This document shows positions 1-13,700 of a stretch of DNA of 64,000 bases, one piece after another. How positions within the stretch are numbered: position 1 is the first letter of the stretch; every line of letters begins with the position of its first letter. Where the stretch lies: NCBI GenBank assembly GCA_964234715.1, contig OZ174288.1; one strand, written 5' to 3'. Under the pieces are notes generated by a model. That model was not told where the DNA came from. It searched no databases and saw nothing but the letters and a program-made list of their open reading frames with translations. The stretch comes from Podarcis melisellensis. Taxonomy: Eukaryota. The position numbers and the translations under genes are program-made.

Positions 1-389
1 ACTACTTTCTGACATTCTAAACAGGAAACTCTTTGGGTATCCATCCTGTTAATGCTCAGCTCTATCAGAGAAAGAGGAAGAAAGTGCCGCACCCTTTAGC
101 CACAAGGCATTTTATTCCACTCTCCTCCGCTCAACAAAATAAAATACTTAAATGTAAGGTCAGAACAGGCAAAATGATGTTCTTCTCCCTGGAGAAGGCA
201 CTTCAAGCGCCCATCTCAAAAGAGCAGAGCTGAACTGTGGAAGCAAACCCTGACAAAAGCTCGCCTACTCCAAGGTTCCCTACCTACCCAAAGCTCCTTT
301 AAATTTTCAAGAAGCAATTTAAAAATAAAACCTTCCTTAACAGTATTAGCAGCCAGAGAAAACCCAGAGAAATAAGCTGATGGTGAAAA

Positions 390-990
390 CACCCCACACA
401 ATGCCTGTCTGATCTTGAAAGAGTCTTGCAGGAAACTCTGGAGTCCAGTTGCAGGAAAGACAGAAAAATGTAAACCTAAACCAAAACACTTAGATATACG
501 CTATGCACATGTAAAAGATTGCATTTTAAAAGTATGGATCAAGCTTAGGTATTGTTCTACAGGGTTTATGATTGCATATATTTTTACAAAGCCTTTAAAT
601 TTAAAATGCTGACTATGGAATTGGGTCTTACTGAGTAAAAGCAGAAAAAAATTGCCAGGTGTTCAAGACAGAATTTCAAGTTAGGAGGGCTGCTGGAATA
701 TTCTAGAAAGAACTTGAGAATTGGTCTTGAACAGGTTGCTAGGCAACAGAAAAATCTCCCCAGCAACAGGTGCCTTTATTAAGGGCATGTGGTCAATAAA
801 GGTCAGTTAGTGTGTAAATGAACAAAGTTGTAAATGAGTCAGCAATTGAATCTCTGGTCAGATGGCTGTTTTATTAGTTTTATTTGACCGGTGTAATTTT
901 TTTGTAAATAATAAAGATTCTCTGTAAAAGAAACTCTGCTGCAAGTCTTAAAAAGAATACAACGCAAGAGTAGGTGCTCACACGTCAACA
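390..990 (+). mobile_element. Ty1/copia LTR retrotransposon 3' remnant (RNase H end, PPT, putative 3' LTR 692-990)
   Basis: KHLDIRYAHVKD..IKLRYCST..MIAYIFTKPL matches the copia RNase H C-terminus; purine tract at 679-690; TGCTG...CAACA ends; AATAAA at 910. Confidence 0.75.
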
Positions 991-1593
991 ACCAGCACCA
1001 AATAGGTAATTTGTGATCACAGTGCCTTAAGGTTCACAGGTCCAACACTCAAAGGTGCAAGATAGGGAGCAGGATTTGTGGCTCCAAAATGGCCTGGATG
1101 CATATGATACAGTGTGTATTATCAAGTAGGGGACCAATATGGCAAACTCAGAGAAGCAACTGGCAAAGCACAAGAAGCCCTAGGAAACCAATGAAAAGGA
1201 GATGGAGGCCTAGAGACAACAAGATCACATGGGATAAGGTCAGAGATTTCCCTTTCTGAGGTCCACACACCCATCTGGCAGCCCAAAGGAACAAGGGCAA
1301 GCATGCCCTGTCCGCTACGGGAATGAACATGTGGGGTTCTCCTGCACAGGAGTAGGTAGTGCTCGCAATACCTCTATGGTGGCCAACTGACAACTGCTGG
1401 TGTTTGACAACTCATTTTGAGTAACAGGTTTGTCTGGCTTATTTAATCCAAAGGAGAAAGCATTTTATTTGAGTCTTATTCAGTGTTCTCCAAAACAGCA
1501 AAATTATTGGTTGGGAAAAGTAGGAAAAATTCTCTTTAAAAAATGCAGAAACAGTTTTCTGAACTGTCCCAGCCTTGACATCTCTCGCCTTAC

Positions 1594-1746
1594 CTCCACT
1601 ACCTTGCGTTCCACTTCTGCCCCATCCTTGTAGTAGATGTCTGTGATGAGTCGTGTGACAACAGTTCGTACTTCGCGGATGGTCCGTATATGACGCCGGA
1701 GGGCTCTGCCTGGGGGCGGGCGAGGCAAATCAAACCCTTCCTCGTG
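1594..1746 (-). CDS. TP53BP1: TP53BP1 coding exon 15 (oligomerisation domain)
   Basis: cttcag| ... GAG|gtaagg; HEEGFDLPRPP..RHIRTIREVRTVVTRLITDIYYKDGAEVERKVVE. Confidence 0.95.
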
Positions 1747-4700
1747 CTGAAGAAAAGAAAAAGGCAGAAAGTTTTCAGAGATTCCTCCACAGCACACTGC
1801 TGTTTGGAATGAAAGGGGAACATCACTGTCAGAGGAAAAGGAGACTGCATTATACAGAATTATACAGCGCTGGTCAATCCAGCTCAGTACCATCTGGACA
1901 CTAACAGGCAACAGCAGCTCTCCACTGTTTCTTAGCTCCAATCCCATCAGCACTCACCACCTGAGCTTGCTATTAGAGGCAGGAACGGCTTTCACAGAGC
2001 TGCAAATAGCACATAAAAGGGCAACTAAAAATGGCTTGGTGACAAGGCCTCCTGCAGCACCAGAATTATCCAATAAAAGCAACTGGCAGCAAATGCAGGA
2101 CATGCCCCAAACTGCATCTGGACAATCATGCCCTCCTGAAATTCACTGTCACAGGACAGGGTCATCACATGCACTTGCAGAAACCATTCACCTATGATGG
2201 CAATAGTTTGAGATTTCTTTGTCAGACAGCTCTGCCTGATCGGTTTGACATTTTTACTGTAATTGTACAGTTTTCACCTATATGGCATGTCGTGACATAT
2301 GAAATAAATGTTTATAAATATATTTAAATATAAATCTCATACAGCCAAACCTCAGCTCCCGAAAACCCAAAAGTAACTGCTCCGGTTTTTGAATGATTTT
2401 CGGAAGCTGAACGGTCTTCCGGAACAGATTACGTTCGATAACAGAGGTTTGACTGTATTTATATATAAACAAACAAAGGAAATACGTTCAGAGGCAGGGA
2501 TAGCCATTGCCACCCTTGTGGGCTTCTCACTAGCACCTGGCTGATCACTACTGCGAGGGGGACTCTGTGGACCTTTGGGCTGACCAATCAAAATGCTTCT
2601 CTTGATGAAGCTGCTTCTTCCCACCTTGCTCAGAGTTGGAAAGTCTGGGGGAGGCACATGTGGCAACTGCCACCTCCCACTCTAAAACCTGAGACCAGGA
2701 GGTAGTAGATAATCCTTTGCCCTTGCCACAGGCAGCAGCACCTCTCTCCCCCCTCCCCCTTTTCCAAGTACACGATCCAACTCCCTCTCACCTGGTTGTG
2801 CTGGGTCCCTGGCGCATGCCCAGCCCTGGCAGGCCTAGATCCATGGTCCTCTTCCACCTGCACTTTAGTGTCCTGCTGTCCAGGCCACAACCCAGCCGTG
2901 CTGGTCCCCACCTCCACCTGGCCAGTAGGCACTGTCTGTGTGGCTGCTGACGTGAATTCCGCTGGCCCTCGAAGGAACTCCGCCACAGCCTGCGTCCCCT
3001 TGCTGCTGGTGCCAGATTTTGGCATTTGAGCTCCATCATTCCCTGCAGCCACCAGAACGGAAGCTGCCTTTTGGGGGGCCCTCTGTTCTTTTTGCTCCTG
3101 AGTTCCTGCTGTTTCAACTTCCATGTCCTCTCCCTCCTCCGCACAACCCACTGTCCGCTTAGCGCTCAAGCCAGAGTCCTGGACTGGTCCACAACCCAGG
3201 GGCACAAGCCTTCGCTGGCTTTGCCGGGTTGCAGGTGGCTCCTGCTCCTCCTGGGAACTTGGGAAATTGAACAGGTCACCCCTGAAAGCAATCAGAAAAG
3301 CATGAGAGGAGCTCTGCCAGTTCACAATGAATGTCCACCCAAATCTCATCTTCTGTTACCAGCAGGGGCAAGTCAGATGTTCCTAGGGAACCCAGAAGCA
3401 GATACAAAGGCAAAGTTCTCCCTTACTAAGAGATAAGCTGATTCTCAGCCTGCAGCCCCATTTGGAATGACTGTGTTGAAAGACCTTTTGTCCATGGCTT
3501 TGTCCATGGCTACCCATTTAAGACTAAAAGGGTCTGTGATTTGGAGTCTTCCCTTTAATCCCTCAACATAAACCATCAAGTATGCAGAATTTCATATTGT
3601 ACAGAGACCGCATAGGCATATTTTTACTTTAGGTGTATTTTTGCTGTTGACAGGTATACCCAATGACTAAGCAAGCCATGCATGCATATGAACACACCCA
3701 AAGGGACACAGCATTCAGAAAAATATCCTGCAATCTATCGCATTTGCGTGATGCCAACTGTCCCAATAAGCTGCCTGGCTGTCCAGGAGACCTGCTCAGA
3801 AAAAGGATCTTTCAACTGCTGCTGTTTTATAGCCCTCACCCTGCAAGACCAGCTGCCCTGGGACAAACACTGCCCACTGAGCATGTCCTAGTTGTATCCT
3901 GCTTGCCTCACAACTGGCAACAGGCCTGGCACAAGCATATGATTCCAACAGGCAGAACTTGGGGTGGCTCAGCAAAGCCAAGACGCACCTTAGCTAGGGG
4001 AGGGATTTCCCAGGAGTATCTACTGCACACAGAGGGAAGCAGCACATGGCCTGGGTGTGGGATGTAAAACACAGGAGCAGTCAATTACAACATTCCTAGA
4101 GTGTACATGTTTAGACATGGGGAGGGATGTTTGTCCAGCCAGCAGGTAAACTTCCTGGGACAGACTTCCTCCGCATGTGACTAGAGGTGGGTGTGGCCTC
4201 ACCTGTGCAGGTAACAACAAAAGCACAGGGCAGGGGCAGCCATCTCTCTCTCTCTCTCTCTCCCCTCTTCCTTCGAAGAAGCAACATCTGCTATGCTAAA
4301 GATGCCCTCTTGGCTCCCAACTAAGAGAGGAGAAAGAGACTATCTTCTTATAAGATAGATACCAAATGTATATTTCTTTATTAGCCTGTCTGCCTTCTGG
4401 GATCCGATTGTGAACAGAATGTGAGTAAACTCTTTTTATATTTTGTAAAGGACTGTGTCGTGTCTTGTATTTTAAGAGGGAATAAAGGGGAAATTACCAG
4501 AGTAATTATTATAGAGGTTCTAGCGAACCTGAGCAGACGCTACCGTTGCAAAGCTAAGATAAAGGGGAATGTTTTTACTCTGCTGATATTGGGAACTTGT
4601 TAACACAAGTTGGATAAGGATATAATCACACAATATATCCTCTCCTGCATCCCTGAACATTCCCACACTGGGATGAGTTATTAGTTCATGTGGAAGGGAA

Positions 4701-7700
4701 TTTGCGCAGAGACAGCCCTAGAGACAGCACCAGGGAGGCCTTCCATGGACTTGCCTGAATAGTGGACAAGGCAGCTCAGGGCGTTGAGCCTTGTCTTCTT
4801 CACGCTGTACTTCACAGACTCGAGTGAAGATGGATGGCACCTTCCGGGAGCTATAGGCAGAAGAGAAAGACAGGCTCAGAAAGTATCAATCCTGCCAAAG
4901 GAATAGCTAAGGCCTATGAGCCTGCTAGCAGTGAGGCAACCTGGCCAGTATTTGGTGGCCCCAGAATGCTGGGGCCTCAAGCACCCACAAGGACCTCTAG
5001 TTCAGAAAACCCCTCAGATGCCATTAAATACCAACATCCTTCACCTCCCTAGCAGCAGCTACGAGTATCTGGAAGGATGGAGGGAACAAGACACGCTTTC
5101 CTGCCCCTCCAAATACCTCTCTGGGGCTCAGCCCTCTCTGACATGGGCAGTTCACCCACGCATGGGGAAAACTGATGAAAGCAGCCCTAGAGATACTGTC
5201 AGTCTGGCCCAGTTGGGCCTAAACTGGATGGCAGGAGGATGGCACATAAGCACACACACCCCTTTCCCAGCAGATGCCATTCAGCTCTGTCACAAAGGGC
5301 TTAAGTACCAGTACCTGCCTATTACCTGGAAACAACTCCTGTGACAGACCCGTTCTTCTTTTCACTGGATGTGGGCTCTGGGGGCAAAGAGGAAGGCATT
5401 AGAAGCATTCTACCCCCTCCCAAACACTTTGGATCAAAAGTCACCACCCAGTTAGCCTTGCCATTTTCTTCACAACTTGCCCAGGACAAGGACCACCTCT
5501 TCCTTGCCTAAAGGGCCAGGTTTCTGCAAGTGTTTCCAACAGCACTGCCAAATCAGCCCTTCCCAGGCAGAGATGGAATCATGAGAACTATAAAGACTGC
5601 TAGTCAAGTAGTCAGTACTGTTTGGAGTCACTAGTCCAGGGCAGGGGACTATCGCTCCGCAACTGCTCTTGCACTGAATCTCTTACTGTCCAGGCTGAAG
5701 GGCAGGGACTCGTCACTCTCTTCCGTCACAGGGGTCACAAGGTTCATGCGCAAGGACAGCTTCCCCTGCTCCTCACAGGCGGCCTCAGCACTCCCTTTGC
5801 CACTCTCCTCCATCTCAACAGAGGTCAGAGCACTCTCCACTGTCACATTGTTGGTGCCCTCAGCTGTGACATCGCTGGTTGCTATGGTATTATCCGGGCA
5901 GTTTCCAGCCTCTGAAACAAGCAAAGCAAGATGGCAGGTTCACCAACAGCCACCCAGGCTTACTGGAAAGAACCAGCACAGAAAGCCTCTTGACCACCAA
6001 GCAGATCGCAGCTCTGCAGCACCAGAATATGCCTTAGCCCTTGGGCCAACTGCTCTAATATCAGAAAGAGACTGAATGAGCTGGGCTCCCAATCCAAGCT
6101 ATGTGGGTTGTACTTCTGCAAGGGAGCCAAGAAGAATTTGGGCCCTTGAAACCTTGCACCTTCTGGAATTCTGTGAAGGAAGCCACAGCAGCAGTTGGAG
6201 CTGCATCCAGATTTGCTTCAGATTATAACAGTGTAGACAGCAACTGTCCACACTTCTCTGCTGCTCCAAGAGCAGAGTCTGTCATTCCCTTTGTGGTCTG
6301 TAGCTGCTTCCAAATGGCAGAGGAAGTGGCAGAGCACTTGCTTTGTATGCACAAGGTCCCAGGTTCAATCCCTAGCAGTCCCTCTAGTTAGAGGGATCAG
6401 TCAGCTGGTGCTGTGAGATCTTCTTCACACTTGAAGCCCCAGCTGCTGCCAGTCAGATATGACAATAGAGCAAAATGAACAGGCAATATGGCACAATGTA
6501 AGGTCATATCTTCCAGGCTCACACCATTCTGGCAATATGTAAACAGCTACCACAGGGCCTCCCTCCCACTGGGGTTTTGCTATACTGATGGCTGCTTGGA
6601 TCAGTCCCCTCCTTGCTCTCCACCAGCACACACACCTTCTGAAGGCAAAGAGAAGGACGAAAGATGGCCACTTTGGGAAGGCTGGAAGGCAGCTGGTGCC
6701 CATCTCTATCACTCACAGAAACCCCACCCCACGTCTCCTACTCACCAATAGGAGTGCTGTGTCGCCTGGGGCCTTTCTTCAGCTGGCCAATGTGAGGTGG
6801 TGTGATGCCTGTCAGAGGCTCAATCACATGCTTCTCCTTCAGCAGGGCGAGATGAAAGGGGGTTCCTGGAACAAGGTATTACAACAGACAGGTGGGTAAG
6901 CTCACATTCTGCTACTAGGCACCCTCCTTGCCACGAATTCTCGGCAGCTAAATGGTCAGCCAAGGGCCTCAACTGGAAGAAAACAGCATGGCATCACACT
7001 ACCAGGCAAGGTCATCTTCTTTGGTGATCACTCGTAGCCGCGTAAGATTGTCTTCCATAAACACTATTTTAACAATAATTCCAGAGAGTGAGACCAGGCA
7101 AGAAGATTCCTTTGCAAATCCTGTGCCCAGGCCTTACTTCCTGCCATGTGCTGCATAGAGGCTGGTACAAGGCACAGATACTGGAGAAGTCTGTTTTATG
7201 TTGTTGTTGTTTTTGGGGGGGGGGGTTAGTTTCTAGTCCAGAAGGTTGAAACCATGGGCAGAGCAAAGCCCAAGTCCCCAGTGCACAAACATTCCAGCTC
7301 CTCCCTCCTACACTAAACATATTGTACTCTAGACAGGCACTTACAGAACATGCTGTGCTTCTCTAACAATGTAATCACCGAAAACAGATAACAGTAACTG
7401 CTGAAAGATAGCAGGGTGGAGGGTGAGACCTTGCCAGTCATCAAGCCACAGAGAGCACTAGAACGCTGTTCCAACAGCCTGGAAGGCTCTCACTGCAGCT
7501 GCAAAGGAGTCTGAGCTGATTAGAATTATGCCTGTACTTCCATTTCTCTTCTGTGAACTGCCCAGAGAGCTCTGGCTATTAGGCAGTCCACATATGTACT
7601 TAATAAGCAATAAATAAGGTAGCATTTAAAAGCCAACAGGCCAATGCAGCCTCTGTGAGAACAGATGCAATGCATCCTTCACACACCAGACAGGCACAGA

Positions 7701-10700
7701 GGCAGGAAGGGAACAGCCTCCATCTCAGTCTATGTGTATCATGCACTTTGGCAACCACTAGAGAGTATTTCAAGGAAAGAACTCACACAATAGAGCAGAG
7801 GGATAGGGAGAGGAGGGGGCAAGAGAAATTATCTTCTTCAGCTGCAAAAGGCTATTCTCCTTTCTCTCTCAGCCACATTGGCTCAAGCCTAGGCAGCCTG
7901 GGTCACTCCACAGGGATGCTTTCCAATGATGCAATTCTACTGCTGCTCTTACTCTCCAGAACCACTTACCGCTGGGCAGGCTAGCAGGTGGCTCAGGACC
8001 CCTCTGGCACAGCTGCACCTCTCTCTCCAGCCCACATGGCTTCTGCTGGATCTCCCTCTGGTCCTCTGCACTCTCAGGATGGGATCCCTCTTCCAAAGTC
8101 ACTGCTGGTGCTTTCTCCTTCCCAGGCAAGGGCCCCAGCTCTGAATCTTCCCTTGCAGTAACTGATGGGCTCCCTGGAAGGGCAGCAGACTTCCTACTGC
8201 CTTGCTCTGGAGGTGCTGCTGATGCTTGGCTCTCTGCAGTTTCATCCTCCTTGGCTGTTGTTGGCACACTGCTCCCTTCCTCCTGGGGGGGCAGCAGTGG
8301 CAAGCTCTCCTCCTCCTCCAGCACACTTCCCAAGTTGCTTCTGCCTGGAGAGATGGCAGCAGGCAGCCCCACTCCAGGGGCAACACTGGACCTCCCCTGG
8401 GACCTGCTTCCCTCCAGCTCTGCTTGGGAGTCAGAGAGCTTCAGTGTCACCCCAGGGCCGATCCTCAGGGAAGCCTCCTCCTTGGAGTCTTCCAAGGGGT
8501 CTTTTAAGTTTCCTGGATCTGGGTGTGCAGGCTCTCCAGCTGCCTGGAGCACATTCTCAGAGTCTTCTCTGGCTGCAGCAGGTTCCACATGCTGGTCCAC
8601 CTTTTCTTCCTGAGAGTGAGTCAAGTGAAGGCAAGACCTTTCGTCCCTCAGCAGCTCAGCTTCTTCTTGCACTTCACCAGGCGTTTCTGGGACAGCTTCA
8701 CATTCTGGCTCCTGAGACCCCTGGCACAAGAGGTGGCCCTGACTTGCAAGGTCATCTCCAACTTGGGCAGTGGAACCTCTTCCTGCAGGCTGCCCAGTTG
8801 AGGAATGGCTGTCCTCATTAAACTGCTGCTGCTCGCTACATCTACCATCCAAGCCAAGCTTCTCCACTGGAGGACCATGAGCTTCCATGGCTGTTTCCTC
8901 AGGCTGCACAGCCTCAGTGGACTGGCTGCACTCACTAGCAGACAGCGCCAATAGGCAGGCCTCACCCAAGGGCCATGACAAGGGGCCCTCCACAACAGAT
9001 GCAGGTGCCTCAGGGACTTCAGAGCTGTCTGCTGGCAAACTGATACCACAATCATCTCCTTTCTCTGTCTGTGCCTCAGGCCCTTTCTCTAAGCTTGGAG
9101 TTGGGAGGAAAGTGTCCTAAAACAGGGGGAAACACAAATATATTGGAATATGACAGCTCCACACCTGAGATTCTGCAACCAGGCCAGCTCTCAAGAGAAC
9201 CAGAAGTAATTCTTGACACTGCAACCAAGACACACCAGCAGGGCAATCACAAAGCAAGATGCTTCATAAAGTATTGTTTCCTGTTTTCCACAACCAACAT
9301 GGTGGCCAGGAGATTTGCCCTTCTATACACAAAGCCAGGCTAACGCTTTGTGAATGTCTCGAAAATCCTATGACAAAAAAGCACAAGTGAAGGAAAGGAT
9401 TGTCAAACTGTAGGGCAAGAGGCGTGGGGGCCTCCTTACTTCTACCAAGGATGAACACAGCACAGAGAAGACCAGTCTCAGTGCTGGGCACCTTCTGACC
9501 ACTCACATGGGAGAAATCTGGTTGTGATGGTATGGGAGTGAATGCTGGAGTAAAAGCTGGCGCATCTTGAGCGACAGGTGTAGAGGACTGAGGAAGACCT
9601 GGAGTCTGAGTGTCCTTTGGCTCTTCTTCTTGCTTCCCTTCTTCTCCTCCTCCTCCTGTTGCTGCTGCTGCAACAGAAGATGGTGAATAAATTAACGTTA
9701 TTGCCTAAGTAGAGGAGGACAGCCTTATTTCTGCTGCTGGAGCAGAACACCTCATTGCCAAAAAAGCTGAAGGGCACCAACTGGCCCTCTGCACCCCTCT
9801 TTCAGTGCTCAAAAAGAGGAGGGGCCTCCACATTCGCTCAGAAATGAAAGAAAAGAAACCTGGGTCACCATTAAAGGTAAAGGTACCCCTGCCCGTACGG
9901 GCCAGTCTTGACAGACTCTGGGGTTGTGCGCCCATTTCACTTAAGAGGCCAGGGGCCAGCGCTGTCCGGAGACACTTCCGGGTCACGTGGCCAGCGTGAC
10001 ATCGCTGCTCTGGCGAGCCAGAGCCGCACACGGAAACGCCGTTTACCTTCCCGCTGGTAAGCGGTCCCTATTTATCTACTTGCACCCGGAGGTGCTTTCG
10101 AACTGCTAGGTTGGCAGGCGCTGGGAACGAGCAGCAGGAGCGCATCCCGCCGCAGGGATTCGAACCGCCGACCTTTCGATCGGCAAGTCCTAGGCACTGA
10201 GGCTTTAACCCACAGCGCCACCTGCGTCCAATTACCAAGTTGTTTTTTTGAACACCATAGCTTGGGCCAAGGGCTACCAAGGCCTCCAGCAGAAAGAGTT
10301 GACGTACCTTCTGTTCCCTGTTCTGTTGGGCTTCTTGGAATGATGAGGGGTACAGAATGTGAGATGCCAAGAGATGGCGTAGGAAGGCCTGAAGCACAAC
10401 TACAGAGAAAAAGAGAACACTCGGTTGCCTCACTGTCTGCATATGCAAGGTCACAAGAAAAAAGCAAATGAGCTAATCTATTCCGGAGATCTGAAGGCCA
10501 AAGCCAAGGCTCAGCTCACAGGCACAGACCACATTTGTACCTCCCACTGAACATGAAACACAAGCAGCGCTCGGTTGTGTGCCTCATCAGGGAACAGAAA
10601 GGAGAAAAGGGAAGGCAACAAAGACCAACGATCACAGAAGGAGTAGAGGCAAAGAAAGCTCAGTTACTTTGAAAGGTGGACACAATTACGACACTATCAA

Positions 10701-13700
10701 TGAAAGCATAAGTGCCAATCAATACAGGGATAACCAACTGCACAACTGACTCAATTAGTGAATTCAGGAGGCAAGGAAGTAATAAGTGGAACATCAATGA
10801 GCCGAGAAGGAAAAAGGTCATAGTGGAAGAGCACCTTCTTCATATGAGGAAGGCCCAAGGTTCAATTCCGGGTTGCATTTCCAAGCACGGCTGGGAATGC
10901 CCCCCATCTGAAATCCTGGAAAGCTTCTGCCAGTCAGTGTGAGCAATACTGAGCTAGATGGACCTGACTCAGTGTAAGGCAGCTTCCTAGAAGCAATTAT
11001 TCAGGGAAACAGGTAACAAAAACAACCTGAGCAGGCTTGTTACTTACATGGAAAGAGGTCCCTGTCCAGAGAGATGAAGGACATGCAGAGAATCGGCAGG
11101 AGTGCACACTGGAGAATTTGCTGCTTCCACTCTGGACACAGCACTGTCACCATCTGGAACAAGGGCAATTAAAATTAACAAAACCATTTAGCAGTTTTGT
11201 CAAGCAACCAAATGGACACTGCCTTGAAAATCTGTCTCCCACTGCATCGATCTTTTCCCTATATCAGAGTCAATTTTAATACCTTGTTGCAACTACTCAA
11301 AATTGCAGAAGATCACCCACAATTTGTGGTGTGCAAAAATATGACTGTAGTATTGGAAGACACAAGATTTGCCCACCTTGGAAGAATGGCAGACGCAATT
11401 GATAGACTACATGGAATTGGCAGAAATGACTGGCAGAATCCGAGACATGGGAGAAGAACAAACAGAAGAAGAATGGAAGAAATTTAAAGATTATCTGCAA
11501 AAACATTGTAAATTATTTGAATGTTAAAGTAATGCAGGATAGTGAGACAGTGTGGCATTAATGACAAAACTGAAAGGAATGTGCAAAGATGGCTTATGAG
11601 CAACAAGTAAAGAAACATAGTTAAATTAATCAAATGTTGGGGGATTAGAAGACAAGTGGACAGCAGTGGGAATGGTTAATTTAAAAGAAATTAAGAAATA
11701 TTAAAATTAGTCAAAATAAAGGAAGAATTTGCTGATTGGAAGTCAGGAAAGTAAGCTATATGAAATTAAGAATTGAACTTATATATTTTTGTTTGGTTGG
11801 TGTGTTTTCTTTTATCGTTTGTTGTTTGTTGTTGTGTTATCTTATTTTGTTTGTTACTATAAATCTGTTGAAATTTTAATAAAAATCTTTAAAAACAAAA
11901 AAACAAAAATATGACTGTAAATTTAAGTAAACCCAACATGGATGGAAAATGATTTACATTCCTCAGCAACACCATCAAATATTGATCGGTTGAGATTTTC
12001 CCAGAGAGCTGCTATCTCTAAATCTAGAGAAATTTATTCCTGGGCACCTGATTGGCCACTGTTGGAAGGGCAAATGGTATGTCCTTCAGCCACAGTGGCA
12101 GCTGGCAGGTTTTAATGCTGTCACCAAAGAATGATTTTGCATATTTGCCTGAAAACTAGAACTCTCAGGGTGCTGCACGCAAGTCAGCAATGCAACTGAT
12201 GAGCTACATTTTGAGCAGCCCATGCTAGAATCTGACAGCCCTGTACAACTTGTTCAGCATTAGTTATCTGTGCCACTACATATTCAAAGCCATCTGCACA
12301 AACAAAAGAGGCAAAATTTGAAGAATTCAAAACACTGAGGCATTTTCAAAATGCAGCAACAGCAAAGGGTGACAGAGAAACACATCCGTTGAAAAGGCAA
12401 CTTTATCAGTGCCACTGGAATTCCCATCATCCACAAAGCAACTGCCTACCATTCCTCCCACAGCAACTGTGTGCTGTGCATAGGAGACATACCCTAATCT
12501 GTCTATGTGGTCCCATGAACCTATGTAGCACTATCTATATAGTAATCAAGTAGGAAACCTTCCTTTGCTATTAGGATAGGCAGAGCTTCAGCAAACTGCA
12601 CCTGCTTCCCCCTCATGGGTTGCAGGGGTCACGGCACAGGCATGCAGTCTCTTTTCACCTGTTTTGCTGCTCTGGCCAAACATGTCCTCCTGAGTAGATA
12701 AGATATCAGCATCCTGTGTATGCCACCCAGAGGGATCCGTCCCTTGTGGCCTTCTGTCAAGTGGATGGCAGGCAGAGGTTGGACTCCTTGCAGGTTCTTT
12801 ATGGAACTGCAGAATTTTTGGGGTGCTGCTGGGAACATAAGTGTAATCAATATTCCCCAGGGTATCATTGTTTATATTTGTTGCCTGCTCTTCACTGTAA
12901 GGCCCCAGGGTGGACTACATCTTGAGAAAAATAATACAACAAGCTGAAAGAATGCCACACAAATAAGCTGATAGCTTCCCTGGGGATTAAAAACAGGACC
13001 CAAAGCATGCACAGAACTTGGGGAGTGGAGGAATGTTTGCTTTTGTGTTGAGCTTTGCCAAAGGTGCAAACAGAACTTTGCTGCTGGGCCTGAAAAATAC
13101 CAGTGGGAATGGCTATAAGCTACTCCACTATTTCTTTAGGTAATGCAAAAGAGAAAAAAGTCAGGGAACTTTTTTCTCATTCAAATGAGGTTTAGTAAGA
13201 GTGCCAGCAGCACCTTGATGCAACCCCCTCCTGCAAAATCCCAATGGGAAGGCCTGTCCCTTCTTTCTTTCCTTCTTGGCCAGCAGGCAACAGCAAGGCT
13301 CCTCCAATACTTTTAGCCAAATCCCAACTAACAGGAATGAAAATATCTTTCCTTCACAAAGAACAAGGCAGAAAAGTAGTAGCAGCTTCTCTCCTACCAG
13401 CAGCAGGAATGTTCAGCACATGTGTGACAGCAAGAAGGACTTCATGGAACCACATGTGCTTCACAGCTGGTTTAATGGGCAAAGAAACTGCACCCCCTAC
13501 AGAGAGGGCAAGCTCTCCATGCCCCCTTTCCTGAAAGTTCAACCATGCAAAAAGTTAGCCAACAAGTATGAGAGGTGAAAGCAGATATTTACCTATCAGG
13601 AGAGTCACTCTCAGACTTTGTCACTTCATCTGGATCTGCATGCAGAGCAGAAAAGGCATCAGGAATTGGTGCTTCACTTGAAATACCAGAGCACAACTGC

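Noticed and set aside
6315-6380. tRNA gene
   Set aside because: Degenerate A/B boxes continue into a SINE body repeated elsewhere in the window; no cloverleaf
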